A stretch of DNA of 59,358 nt, filler included, from Sluysia triapertura (lineage: Eukaryota): NCBI GenBank assembly GCA_046118255.1. It is 5 parts of 5 records of this genome, joined end to end, with 100 filler letters (N's around TTAATTAATTAA, not from the genome) between each part and the next. Parts side by side here need not be neighbours in the genome. Positions count along the whole stretch, not along the records: positions 35,191 to 48,109 come from JBJNIA010072721.1; positions 48,210 to 59,358 come from JBJNIA010188222.1; 3 more parts are not named here. One strand, 5' to 3'. The translations under genes and the position numbers were made by a program. Of the stretch, positions 41,430-54,565 are shown piece after piece; positions within the stretch are counted from its first letter, which is position 1; each line of letters opens with the position of its first letter. The notes under the pieces were generated by a model. The model did not search any database, was not told the DNA's origin, and saw only the letters and a program-made list of their open reading frames with translations.

Positions 41430-42428
41430 CAATTTGTAAAGAAATTTCGACCACCACATGATTATTTTTCAAATTCGGAAATGTTAAACAGCGACGAAAA
41501 TAACAATATTAATAATAAAATAAATGAGACGTGACGTTTCTAAAAATAACTTTAATTATTTGGGTGTGAGACTCCTACGATAGTGATTTAAAACATGGCA
41601 ATAGTAAATTTATTAATAACATTAATCACAAATAGCTTTAGTAAGAAATTCTCCTTTCCAAGATTTAAAATAATCACAAACAATTTCGAAAACAAAAAGT
41701 TCAACTAGGACTATGAAGGTGCAGCCTAATCGTCTGCTATGAGTGGAAGTGTTGCTGAGAGATATATTTGAATCATTTAATAACATCGTTTAATAAAAAA
41801 ATGGACTTTAACTTATTTTTATAACTCAGTGTAGATCTGTGAATTAATTAAGTGACAAAAGTTCTAATCGGCGTGTCTTTTCAAGTACTGTTTAACGATA
41901 TTTGAATTGTTTTTAATAATAATGAAAATTATCTGTGTAACTTCATTGTCAAATGTCATTTCTATCGAAAATAAATTGTTTCTGTTCGTCCGATTTTAGA
42001 ATTTTTTTTTTCAAATAATTTCACTAACATTATGGTCTCTTTTATGTCGACCTACAAATTATATAAAAATGAAGCACCCCAATAACCAAAAGATATTAAC
42101 TTCTTACATGGACCAAGACGTTATGTATAAATGAACTATTGATAAAGGAAATTTTTTATTTTAGTTTGACATACATTCATACATAAACTCTTCTAATAAG
42201 AAAAACTTTATATTTATAATTTATTATCATTTACATTATTGTTTTTTAAGATTAGCTTGTGAAAATAACATTGTCTTTATATTTTTCTCTTAAGATAATA
42301 CAATGCATTTTTATAGTATGTAGCTCATTTTCATTTGCATATTCAAAAATAAAATGTTTTATTCGTGATACATATTGATCTTTGAAATCGGAATATTTAC
42401 CAACAAAAATAATCATAGAATTTTTTTA

Positions 42429-43140
42429 AGTTGCTATCACAAACTTTAAAATCATTTAAAATTTTTATTTTCCAAAAAAGACAATTCGCTTCTAAAAATA
42501 GGATATAAACTTCTACAGTGATCTAGAACATTCCACAGATTCCTATTGGTTGATGACTAGTATTGCATAAACTAGCCTCAGTTTATTGAAAATAGCCAAT
42601 TTGATTTTTGGTACTACTTTTATAAGACTTTAATAATTAGCCGTATTGGAAATTTCGAGGAATTCTACTACTAGTCCATTCAATAATTTCATAATTCCTA
42701 GTAAATATGTATAATTTCGAAGTTGAAATTATAAAATACACTCAAAATCTCACTTATTTTAATTATTGTCCTCGATATATTTATGGGTAAACTACACTTA
42801 ATATATTGCAGTTATGCAATTAAACGGTCTCAGAACTTTAATTTTAAAATATCATCTTTTTATATTTTATTTTTAGTTCTGTTATTATAACGTTTAATTA
42901 TTCGTTTTTTGTGCAAAATCGTTATAACCTTGTTTTATTTAATTGAATATATAGATTAAATTACGTAGTTAATCGAGCATTTGATAAGATCCTAATCAAG
43001 GAGCTCTGCCACTTAGATAAAGTATTAGCTTATGGGGTTATAGAGACACCATCTGCACGGGATAAAATGTTTATTGTAGCCGGACGAAGCTCAAAAACAT
43101 TTTGCCTTAGGTTAAATGTTAGAAAAACCACACCGTAGAA
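42429..43140 (+). repeat. Repeat family A end plus internal segment
   Basis: 42429-42600 is the inverted homologue of 46920-47091. 43021-43135 ('VLAYGV...SKTFCLRLNVRKT') is the inverted homologue of about 46530-46605 ('VLAYTV...SKIFCRSLSIRKT'). Confidence 0.65.
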
Positions 43141-43981
43141 GGTTTTAACTTTTTGGATCTTTCATCTGAAATGTGATTTATGAATATAAAGTGACCAATC
43201 ATTTTGTTTACGAGCATTAAATTGGATATTTTGGGACTTAGTATTTAATGAGTATATCCTTTAGCATTAATGGTGCTACTAACATTTTCACAAATGACTC
43301 TAAAAGATTCCTATCAAGTCAGAAATTTCTATGTTAATACAAGTTTGAGAGATTGTGGAATCTATTAGTAGTAGATCCAATTTTTATTTGGTATCTGTCG
43401 AGTTTGCTAGGAAAATCAATTCTCAAAGTGAAATATATCTAAATTTCTCCTAAGAAAGAGAATGCATAATTTTTTTGTAATTTTTAGTTAACCTTGTAAT
43501 TTTCCAGTATCATGTCAAACAAATTGATAAAATTATATATTCGTAAATTCTTATTGTTGGTCTCTGAATAATTTTCCAAAATCGGTTTTATTTTTATATT
43601 TTCAGAAAAGAGAATCAACAGTCATTTTGATCGTTTCCGCATTTATAGATAGCTCCAAATATTTACACTTTTTTCACCAAAATTACTCGTTAATATACAT
43701 TTGAGAATGATATATTTTTGTTTCTGAAAGAGTTGTCCACATTAATTTAATCGAAGTGTCAACTCCTACTTGCAGACAAGTGATATTGGACATATCTTAA
43801 ACATATTTCTGAGGAAAAAATATTAAAAACTGATATTGATTGTGTCAGAGATGGGCATCCTAAACTATCTGATTATTCGAAATTAACGTGAACTAAAGAC
43901 ATGTTTCAAAATATGATGTTTATGAAGAATTACTTAAATTTGAAAGTGAGCCTTACTGATTTTCAATAAGCATATTACATA

Positions 43982-44616
43982 CAAGGTGTCCCAAAAGTAA
44001 CTGAACCGCAAGTTAGATATCAAAAACGACAAATTTAATAGGTATATTTAGTATTTACAAATGTTCAAAATGTCCACCTTCAATTACCTATACAAAATTC
44101 TAATCAATTATCGGGGTCATTTTCTTTTAGGGCATGAAGAAGATGAGGTCTGTAAGGTTTTAGACCAATATCATGGTGAAATGTGGTTCGAGAAACGTTA
44201 AAATCTTTCGATGCCTGACACTATATCCCTGTTTTCAGATGAACGAACTGTTTTCGGACGACTTTCTTTAGGAGCATTTGACACACTTCCAGTTACTTCA
44301 AATTTGGATGCAAGATGTTCTGAAGTTTTCTTCCCATCTTTCTTCAACATGATTGTAGCTAGCCCTTGCATAATAACGAAGATGCATTCGTTTAAATCTA
44401 AATGCATTCGCTGCATTTTTAAGAATGAGGGTTCTGAGCGCACAGTGAACCAATAATCAAGCAATGACGTCAGAACAAAATCAATAAGATCACGCAACAA
44501 AAGTCAATCCAAAGACTACTATTAACGCAACTAACATAAAATGACATAAAAGAAGAAATTTCATTTGTCGTTTTTGATTACTAATTTTTATTTAAGTTTG
44601 CGGTTCGGTTACCCTG
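43982..44616 (-). mobile_element. Internally deleted Tc1/mariner element (DUF4817-HTH, maT/rosa-like)
   Basis: Imperfect TIRs (TA|CAAGGT...GTAACTGAACCGCAA and TTGCGGTTCGGTTACCCTG). Transposase pieces are 'KFEVTGSVSNAPKESRPKTVRSSEN', 'DIGLKPYRPHLLHALKENDP..LEFC' and the C-terminal 'GGHFEHL*'. The catalytic domain is missing. Confidence 0.9.
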
Positions 44617-45820
44617 ATATAAGTAAATGACGGATGAATTCATTTTTTAAAAAGTTTGCATTTATTATTTATTATTTAATATTTAATTTGTAAAATTTTC
44701 AAACAGATGAATATTTTTAAGATTGTTTCACTCATATGTCGTATGTGTGACGAAACTACTTAGAGTTGTGTTACTTTCAAACAGAAGTTCGTCTCTTTGA
44801 TAAGAAGATAATGCAATTCTATTAGAAATGAATTCCTTGAGTGTCACTATTAGCTTCATTATTTAAAAATAAAACTAAAAAGCGAATGTATTCACATTAT
44901 TTAGTTTTAATTTTGAGAATGAAATTTATATTTCTAGTTTATTAAACATATGGTTCACTTTTCTCTAAAAAGGCTTTTATTATAATATTGTTGTTCGATG
45001 ATTATAAATGTGCTTTTTTCAGATAATTAATTAATTGCAAGAACATATAAGTGCTTGCAAAGAATGTGGCTGGTGTCACAGTATCTCCAAATTTGCAAAA
45101 GATTTATGATTAACTATTCGAAAATTAAAAAACAGTAATCTAAATATATATTTAGTAATTTGAAAATGTTATAAAATCAAAATAAAATCGAAACACAATA
45201 CATATATGCACATAGATCTGAACTTGTACTTAATTAGCAACTCAATAATTAAAAAGTAATTTCGGAAGAATATAAAAACATTGATTTTATTAAAATGGAA
45301 ATGAAGAAATGAAATAAAATTAAATCAAATGTAGAATAGTTCTTATAGAATGGAACTAAATAAGATAAATCTATCCAGATGTAAATTGTTTTCACAAAAC
45401 TATTTTAAACAATTCAAATTTAAGCAATTTCTACATTCTAGAATCGATTTATTATAGATATCATTTAAGTGTCTTTGTAAGTCAGTTTGTCTACAACCAA
45501 ACATTTGCGATTAGTAATACAGTAATAACTAGAAATTAATTATTAATAATTACAAATTACTAAATAGAAAAATATCGATTGAATGTAACCTTATTGATTT
45601 TCATTATGTAACCAAAAAGTTATATTGATTATTTAAAATTATTCAATATTTTTTAGTTAATTACATGCGACCCTTTCTAAATTGAATTTTCATTAATAAT
45701 AATATAGTAATAATGGTAGTGGTGGTGGTAGTAGTAGTAGTAAAAGCTAATTCAACTTAACAAAGGTTATTAAAACATGCATCCACTTTAAAACATTGTC
45801 ATAAATATAGAAATGTTTTA

Positions 45821-47091
45821 CGTTGCCATCACAACCCTATAAAATATGTAAAATGTCACTAAAAAACTCTAAAATCATTAAAAATAATTTTAAAGCTCTC
45901 TAAATCATCAAAAATATTTATTTTCCAAGAAAGAAAACAAAATATCGAAAAAAGATAATTAGCTTCTATAAATCGATTCCTATTGGATGATGACTAGTAT
46001 ATAAACTAGCATAAGTATGCATAATTTTATACACCTTTCTGACGTCATCTTGTTTTCTAATTGTAAATTTTTGGTAATTCAATCGGATTAATTAATTAAT
46101 TTAAATTAATTTATCGAGGATTATTTATTTGATTTTACTAAGTTTTGTTATTTTAAAAGATTTCAATCATCGCTACGATTATTGGAATCGTAAAATCCTT
46201 AATTCTTTTTATTTTATTCTGTCTTTTAACAACTTAGTCATTCAGCCATTTGTCATTTATTTATTTTTATTTATTTTGGAGTTGTTATTTAGTGAAAGTG
46301 AACTAGTGAATTAGATTGATCGATAGTAAAAGTAATCGAGTGTAAGACCCTCTAATTTAGTTAACGAATTTTATTTTAAGTTCATACATAAATTTTTACA
46401 TTGAGTCTGGTTTTGTTATAGCTCCAGGACGCCTTCTTTATGCCATAAGACATTTACTGTAACCGAATCCTACTCAAATTTTAATTTTACCGTAGGGTTG
46501 GATTTAAGTACTATCGGAATATATTTTGCTCTGGTTTTTCTGATACTTAAACTACGGCAAAATATTTTTGAGTACGATTCTGTAACTGTATAAGCTAATA
46601 CTGTGTCTAAATAGCAATGCTTCTTAATTATAGTCTTATATCAAATGGTGAATTAAAATTTTAACTATGTATGTAGTTGCCTTAAAAAATTTATTCATTT
46701 AATTTATAATTCCCAACAAAATGAAAATAAAGTTGTAAAGTGATTTGTACAAAAAAATAGTAAGTTAATAGTAAGAACTAAATGTAAAAATGTAAGTATA
46801 ATTTTCTACATGTAAAATATTAAGCTGGAATAATAATTGAAATAAATATGAATTTGTGTTTATTTTATAATTTCATAGTTTGGTATCAGCTACAAATATA
46901 TTGCGAAAACCAAAATGGTGATTTTCAGTAAACTGATACTACTTTATATATTATTCATCAGCCAATAGAAATCTTTGGAACGTTCTAGAGCATTCTAGAA
47001 GCTTCTATTCTATTTTTTAAGAAGCGAATTTTCTTTTTTATAGATATTTTATAGATATTTTTAAATGGTTTAGAGGGTTGTGATGACAACC
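45821..47091. mobile_element. Putative non-autonomous TIR element, family A (about 170-190-bp imperfect TIRs, TA flanks)
   Basis: TA|CGTTGCCATCACAACCCT at the left end and AGGGTTGTGATGACAACC|TA at the right end. Confidence 0.55.
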
Positions 47092-47689
47092 TAACAATAT
47101 TATCGATTATGCGCAATGTTTGTACAGGCATATAATAGTGCAAAAGAACTAAGAATAGAAATATAGATTCAGAAGTTTAAGGTACAATTTAGTGAAGATG
47201 AAATAAATAATAATAATAATAATAAAATAAATAATTACTTATTTTATTATTTCAATTTATTGATAAAGTTTCACTTATCATTTCATAAATTTTTTCAGTA
47301 AAATTCGATTTGAATAAATAAATAACAATTAAAATAAATAATTAAAAAATTAATTTTAATACCTTTGTAATAAATTATCTTATCAGATATTTCTGTGATG
47401 TAAAGTCATATTTTAAAGATCGAAAACTTTTTATAAGTACTACAAAATTATATAATAAAATATGTAAAATAAACATTCGTAATACTTGCAGAAACGTTGA
47501 GTAAATGCCGCAAAAGTAAATTTAATTAACACATTGCTATAACAACTAAGTTTATCTTTATTACGAACATAAATAGAGTTTGAAATGCGTATGTTATACA
47601 ATTTGTTGTTTCAATTTAAATAATAATATTAATAATATTGATATTAATATTAACAATAAAAATAATATTAACATTAATATTAATTTATA

Positions 47690-48720
47690 TGGCGCTCATC
47701 AATTCTCTAAAGTATGTAGTTACAAGCGCTTAAGGTAAATAATTCAACATAATATTTCTGAAGCAGAAAGAACTTATTATCACTGTGGATTCTGTATAGA
47801 TTATTGGTTATTATTTTTAAAAGATATTCAGGGCTTCCGTAATGTAAGCATTTGTAAATTATTGTCATGATTTTGAATTCTAATCTTGTTTTAATTGGCA
47901 ACCAATGTAATTCCTTAAGATAAGCTGTTACATGAGATCTTCTTCCAACTTGGAGAATTAGTCTTGCTGCTTGATTAATTATTAATTGTAATTTTATCAC
48001 TTTTCTATATGAAATTGAGTAAAAAAACATTATTAAAATCTATATTGTTAGTTATCAATGAATGAACAATAAGTTTAGCTGTTTCTTTATTAATAAATTT
48101 TCGAATATGNNNNNNNNNNNNNNNNNNNNNNNNNNNNNNNNNNNNNNNNNNNNTTAATTAATTAANNNNNNNNNNNNNNNNNNNNNNNNNNNNNNNNNNN
48201 NNNNNNNNNAATAGTATTTTCTATGTTGTTCATTTCAAATTCAGTATATATTTGCACGTCATCAGCATATATATGGTATTTAAAACAATATGATTCGATT
48301 ACACTTGAAACATTATAAACAATAATGGAGAAATCATTGATCTCTGAGGAACTCCATGCTTTGCGCTAAGTGAGAGACATTCTTTGATCACAATATTTCA
48401 TGATCAACTGTATCAAAAGCAGCAGACATGTCTAACAAAACCATCAAAACGCATTTATTGTGATTAAAACAATTTAAAATATAATTTATTCTTAAAATTG
48501 TAAAAAATTTATTTTCATCTAAGAACATTGACAATAGGAGAACTGCTTTTTCAATCAATTTTGATAAGAATGTTATATTTGTAATTATTTAAAAGCAATG
48601 AATCACCATGTTTCAGATGAGGTAATACAATGGATACTTTGTCAATTGAAGGGAATTTTAGAGTACATAATGAATTATTAATAATTTTCAATAAAATCGG
48701 GATAACTTTAGTCAAATTTG
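47690..48720 (-). mobile_element. L2-clade LINE ORF2 relic spanning the spacer
   Basis: Ordered RT motifs: 'ITNITFLSKLIEKAV', 'LLDMSAAFDTVDH', 'HGVPQRS', 'YADDVQIY', then 'NQAARLI...HVTAYLKELHWLPIKTRLEFKI'. The 3' end GCGCCATATAAAT is followed by a (TAT)-like tail. Confidence 0.92.
48110..48209. other. Assembly spacer N44-TTAATTAATTAA-N44
   Basis: Same 100-bp linker. Confidence 0.97.
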
Positions 48721-49658
48721 AATTATTTTTGATAGGTCAAAAGAACTTGTTTTCGACATTTCTGCCATAATTTTTTATTTGTAATTTTGATTTTTTCGTC
48801 GCTTCCATCTTTAGTATTTTCAATTTTAGAGAATTCTTCAGACAGTGTTTCTAATTCCTTATTAGAAGAAATGACTTTTCCATTTACAAAAACTTCTGCT
48901 TTTGATTTCTCTTTTTTCGAAAATTGTAAATTATCTTCAAAAAACTATCCAATAATTCACAAATTTCACTGATTTTTAATAATAAAGTATCCTTTTTCAT
49001 TTTTTTAATGCTATCTATAATTAACATTTTTATAACATTTTCAATATCATTAAGAACCGTTAAATTCGTTAATACGGTTAATCTTAATAATTGTTTTCAC
49101 GTAATTTTTACAGGTACGCCATTAGTAAGTCGTATACTGTAAACGGATTCGGAATAATAATTTATTTTGCTGTAAATTAGGTTTTTGTAATAAGAAAAAC
49201 TCCCAGCAATAATAATAACACTATTACTAATAATAATGATAATAATAATAACCTAAATGAATATTACTTTAATTATGTTACATGATCAATAAAAATAGAT
49301 GAGCAAGAATGTGTCATGATTGAATGCCAAAAACAGAAATAGTAAAGAGAAAATGAACAAATCACAGAAAACTAGTTTAAACTTTTTGGTATGTTTAAAA
49401 ACTATAGTAGCTATCAACGTGCAACATGTTTAAAAAATTAATGTTACATTTGTTAATGTATGCTTTTGTTTGTGCAGTAAAAAGGTAAATGTTAATAAAA
49501 ATTTGTCAAAAAGCAAAGATTTGTCCCAATTACTGATAAAAAATAAATAGTTTACTAATTTTATTAAAAGGCAAAAATAATTAAACTAAGAAATCTGGCA
49601 ACTTAAACTGTTCAGTGACAAAATATTTTGATGGATTATAATTTTATTAAAAGTAAAA

Positions 49659-49842
49659 ATGGTTACAGTACGTAAAAAATAATTATTGGTGATGGAGCTT
49701 GCGGTAAAACGGGTTTTTGATAGTGTTTAGTAAAGATTAATTTGCGGAAGTTAATGTTCCGGTTGTATTTGAGGTTTACGTGAAAGATTTTAAAGTAGAT
49801 ATAAAACAGGTAAATTTAACACTTTTGGATACAGCGGTTCAA
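49659..49842 (+). pseudogene. RhoA: RhoA/Rho1 GTPase 5' fragment (pseudogene)
   Basis: '[18 protein letters not shown][fs][41 protein letters not shown]' compared with RhoA '[38 protein letters not shown]...VELALWDTAGQ'. It has two stops and a frameshift, and similarity ends after G3. Confidence 0.92.
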
Positions 49843-50198
49843 GTTGCCACAAATTCGGTTGAATATGGTGTCACTGACAGTAATTGTACTATTTCATTAT
49901 TTCGACAACGTTGCAATCGTTAATAAGAGATAATTTGTTTTATCATTCCATGAGCATAAGGTTCATTACAATTACAATGAAGATTATTCAAGTATTTCTG
50001 ACAATGCTTGTATTCTATCACAACCAATAGAGTTCATTTAACTTTTCAAGCATAAACAGTGTTGTGATATTTTATATTTTAACGCTGTACTATTATAAAT
50101 TAACTTTTTATTATAATAAAAAAAGGATGAAAATATTTGAAATTTATTTTTAGACTTTACAACAAACGATAATAATTAAGAATTACATAAAAAATTTT

Positions 50199-50648
50199 TT
50201 AGTGTATACATAAAATTACTGTCCCGAACGATGTGCCATGTATTTCTCTCGCTCCTCTATCTAAACGTAAAGAATAAAGAAGTATACTGTAGTTTTTATC
50301 ATTACAAAAATTAATTATCTTACGTTCATTATGTAATTGAAACAGTTTGCAAACAATCAAAACTAAACTACTTAAATTAATTTCACAAAATTTTTCTTCA
50401 TTGTTAAAAAAATCATCAGAACGCATTATTATGATTTGTTCCACCATACAAGTAACGTCGTCAGAGGTCGTTTCACTGAGAATAAATGGTGTGAACAAAT
50501 CATTAATATTTTGAATACATTGTTTAAAACTTTTAGAAGTAATTTTACATTTATGAATCAAATCTACATTAGGTGAAACATGATTTTTCAGAGTGAGACT
50601 TTTTATTGTTGTACATAGGTTTAATTTAATTGAAAAAGAAAGAGTCAA
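50199..50648 (-). CDS. Unassigned 149-codon open frame, possibly a gene relic
   Basis: ORF length only, with no ATG start. A weak LRR-like phrase 'DRGAREI' is present. Confidence 0.2.
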   Translation of the reverse strand: MTLSFSIKLNLCTTIKSLTLKNHVSPNVDLIHKCKITSKSFKQCIQNINDLFTPFILSETTSDDVTCMVEQIIIMRSDDFFNNEEKFCEINLSSLVLIVCKLFQLHNERKIINFCNDKNYSILLYSLRLDRGAREIHGTSFGTVILCIH

Positions 50649-51682
50649 ATTAAATAAACGTATTACTAATACTATTTGCGATTCAACAATTAAAGTGCAA
50701 ACTTCGATTCTTGTATGAGGGCTGCTTCAACATTTTTTGTGGTAAATGCCGTGATTGAAGCTTGATCTTCAGTAACTGATTAAATTCTACAGTGTTATTT
50801 TTGCTAAGGTTAGTTGGACTTTGTTTTTATTACATTTTTTGCTATATGCGGAAATACATTTTACATATTAATTTTTTTAGTCTTGTATTTTGTTACTTGA
50901 TTGTGTAAATACATTAATTTGCAACTGAAAATATTGAAAGTAAATTGTGATTAAAGAATAAATAGAATGTGTATCCGTTTTGTGATTATTGATGTTTTAT
51001 CGAGATTTCAGACTAATTTAATTAATGAGTTATTGTTAATAATTTTAAATAAAGACACAACAATGCTAACCTTTTTATATTTCAACTAATGACACTCTTC
51101 TTTAAACCTCATCCTTCTGTAACTCCAACATAATGTTTTCATTAGTATTAATATTTTATAATTCTTTTCTAAAAAGTAATTTAGCATTACAAATATCTAA
51201 TGGATTTAATGTTTCAAGAATCTGAAAGTAATATCAATTGAATTATTAAGATTTTCTATTAAACCTGATGTAGGTGAGTGAATATTTAATCGAAATCTAA
51301 TTTATTTTATAATTATTGTTTTTCATGTTTTAAGAAAAAGTTTAATCTATCTCAATTATTAAGAAAAAATATTAACGTTTTATTGAATTTATTTTTTAAT
51401 TTTTCTTGTGTTTGTGTTATAAAATTCTGTGATTTTGTAAATGTAAAATTCTTTTTTTGTTTCTTTCAAAAAACTTTCACCAAAATTCGTCTGTTTAATA
51501 AAATTATTTTAAATTTATTATTTATAATATCTCAACCTTTTATAAATTTGTTAAAAATGTCAGTTTTACTTATATCTGCCGTAAGAGATAAAAGTTGAAT
51601 TTTCTTTTTGAAATTTTATTCACAAAAAATGATACGTAAGTTAATGCACAAAATTATACGATTTAAAATTATAAAAATTTAA

Positions 51683-51927
51683 CCCTTCGGCTCCAAGCCT
51701 AATTTGTATGACGTTATTCCCTATGCCCGTTCTGTTTTCAGTGCTATTATTAGTTGGGAAGTAAACATAACAAATTAATAAATAAAATAGAATTTTTCTA
51801 AAAACAATTTATTTGTAGATTTTTTTCAAGTTTTTACACGTGTGTATTTATGTTTGTGCCCGTAAAAGTTGTACGTTATAATATATTGAAAGTATCACGA
51901 GTACATTCGTGGTTGGCAGCAAATGGG
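51683..51927. mobile_element. piggyBac-type MITE (245 bp)
   Basis: TTAA|CCCTTCGGCTCCAA at the left and TTGGCAGCAAATGGG|TTAA at the right, with the subterminal palindrome CACGAGTACATTCGTG. Confidence 0.75.
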
Positions 51928-53056
51928 TTAATGAATATGAGAAACAATTGTGATACGTGATAAGTTGTACTTTAATATTAATTTTACAAAATCTATTTCA
52001 TGGATGTTGTATAGTAAATTATTACCTACAGATTAACTCAATCACTTATTATTTGATAGTCAAGGAATTTATTCTACTAGTTCTGAGATAAAGACTACTC
52101 CAAAATTCCACCACATTGTGATCCCGTAAAAATTGTACAAAATTCAATAACATCGCATATGGCAAACTGTCTGTAATATTTATTATTCGATATTATTGTC
52201 TATAACGATGCTGTGAATGTTCGCTTTAAAACTAACAATTTGTTTTTTGTAAAAGTTGCTCTTTATATTGTAATTCACCTCTTCTAAATCTACTGGCCAA
52301 TAAATTCTATAATAACTCTTCTATAGTAAATTTATCCTTCAATTTCCATTATTTGGCCAATTATAGTATTCAATAATATTTAATAAATTAATAGTTAAAC
52401 TAGTTAATTTAGACACAATGACTATTTTAACAATACAATATTATTTATTCATAACTATTCACAATTGTCAATATGACTTAGTTTTACCCAAGCTTTTCGC
52501 TATGGAGTTGTAGTCTATTTTATGCCACAATAATTTTAGTATCGAAGAAAAAATTTTACATTGAATTCTTTCATTTTTTATCAAGAAAATCATTTTTATG
52601 CAAATAGTAGAACCAAATTTAAAAAATTGCATTCTTAAAGTGAAATTTGACGTTCTCGATAGAATACAAATTGAACTAATTTGATGTCTTCTCTTATACA
52701 TTACTATTAAATAAATATAAGTGAATTGACAATATATTCCCTAATGTAATTAATTTTAGAATTTCATACATCTGATACCTTTTTCGATAAGATAACACGT
52801 GACCAAGTTTACTTTTGGACATTTAAATTCCTGAAGAATTTTGTAGTCGTAACTTTTAACTTTTATAGTTATGATAACAGTATGCTTTTTCATTTCTTTA
52901 GTAATCTAAGTCTCATTATTTCTGCAAGAAAATGCAGTTAATACAGAAAATATGTTCTCAAATATCTCATGATAAGCAAATTACAATGATAAAAAACATT
53001 TACCAAATTCATTCATTATTTTTTATAAAATATTGATCAAATTATGTTTTATTAAA

Positions 53057-54310
53057 ATGCCTATTTTATCAACTCACCAAATAAATTACCTTCGAAATGA
53101 AAATAAAAACAATAAAATACTTCATAAAAAAATTGAATCTAATACTTTATTTAAAAAATTACTGAATAAAGTAACGATAAATAATGTTGATTTGGATCGT
53201 TCTAATAATTCCAATAATTATGTTCAAACAAATGATAATATCAGTTATGTGGATTTTATTATAAAAGATCTAAATGAAGCTATTAAAGATTATTATTACA
53301 AAAAAGTTGTTTTTGGAGTAAGTGTATCTGAAAATGTAAAACCGGAGATAATGTTTGCTAAACGACAACCAGAAAAATTTAATTCGGTGGAAAGTAGTAG
53401 TAACGTAAAATCAATTCATGATATGTTTTCACAAATTACAGATTCTTTACAAAAAACTCATCGACCAATTTTTGAACCCCGCTGTCCATGGTTAGAAAAA
53501 CGATTATATATTGAGGATTTATGTGAAGAAAATACTGATTGGAAAGATGTTTCAGCAGCAATTAAAGAAAAATTGCTAATTCTTGCTACTGATATATGTA
53601 CATTTCATGCAACAAAATCTAATTTAATTGCAACAATTATTAAATTAGAAGTTTATAATGTTATTACATTGTTGCTATTACCGGTTAGTAAAAACTATTT
53701 ATCTAATTTATCAGACCAATTATATAAAAATTTGATAATGCTTGTTACTCAAGATTTATTTGTAGATTCGATTAGTTATTACAAAATAAAAGATATATCT
53801 GAAGAATTTATTGCTAATTATAGAAAAATTCCAAAACAATATTCAAATTTAAAATTTAAAATGACTAAAAACTGCCCAAAAGTAGCTTATTATTCAATGT
53901 TAGTTAATGATTCGGATATTCCTTATTTAAATGATGATTATATTGATCCACGATTTATTAAAATTGAACGGAATTATTTTTGTAAAATTGTATTGCAAAA
54001 GAATTTTAAAAAGGTATCAAAAGGAAACGAAAATCTAACTTTATTTGAAATATATTTTGATTATAACAAAGGTAATTTTCCGTTAGCTATAACAAATATT
54101 AATAAACTTATACGACAAAATAATAAATTACTTTACCGTGATTTAAGTTGCTATCAATGTATGTTATCATATTTTACTGACGATTTTTTTGGTTGTGATG
54201 AATTGTCAGCATTAATTAAATATGAATATGCCATGGATAGTATGTGTTCAGAATTAAGCAGATTAATGAAATGGGTACGAAGTCAAAGAATTTTGCATTA
54301 CTTTATGTAA
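53057..54310 (+). CDS. Intronless protein of about 417 aa, possibly a divergent Mab-21/cGAS-like fold
   Basis: Long ORF with its first ATG at 53057. The C-terminus 'LSCYQCMLSYF...SELSRLMKWVRSQRILHYFM' resembles the Mab-21 C-domain 'SSYHLKT.FF...L..CL....L.HYF'. The ORF is well supported; the family call is weak. Confidence 0.7.
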   Translation: MPILSTHQINYLRNENKNNKILHKKIESNTLFKKLLNKVTINNVDLDRSNNSNNYVQTNDNISYVDFIIKDLNEAIKDYYYKKVVFGVSVSENVKPEIMFAKRQPEKFNSVESSSNVKSIHDMFSQITDSLQKTHRPIFEPRCPWLEKRLYIEDLCEENTDWKDVSAAIKEKLLILATDICTFHATKSNLIATIIKLEVYNVITLLLLPVSKNYLSNLSDQLYKNLIMLVTQDLFVDSISYYKIKDISEEFIANYRKIPKQYSNLKFKMTKNCPKVAYYSMLVNDSDIPYLNDDYIDPRFIKIERNYFCKIVLQKNFKKVSKGNENLTLFEIYFDYNKGNFPLAITNINKLIRQNNKLLYRDLSCYQCMLSYFTDDFFGCDELSALIKYEYAMDSMCSELSRLMKWVRSQRILHYFM

Positions 54311-54565
54311 ATATATTTCGTTAAAATTTATGACAATTTACTTAAATCTCTGATGATTTTTACTTAAAGCAGTAATTATTTTCCTTAATTTTATATTAAT
54401 AAATTTATTTATTTTCTTGTTTTTTTTAATTAGTTAATTAGTAATTTCTATAATAAAACTATGCTTTATTAATAAAAATATTTAAATAAAGTAAATAGTT
54501 AAATTCTATGTAATAATGTACATTTGAAATTAACACATTTTTGTTTAAATAAGATAAATATAAAT

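Noticed and set aside
44211-44456. Plus-strand ORF, and likewise 8019-8264, 55146-55343 and 10593-10826
   Set aside because: These are antisense shadows of the transposase relic or of other coding sequence.
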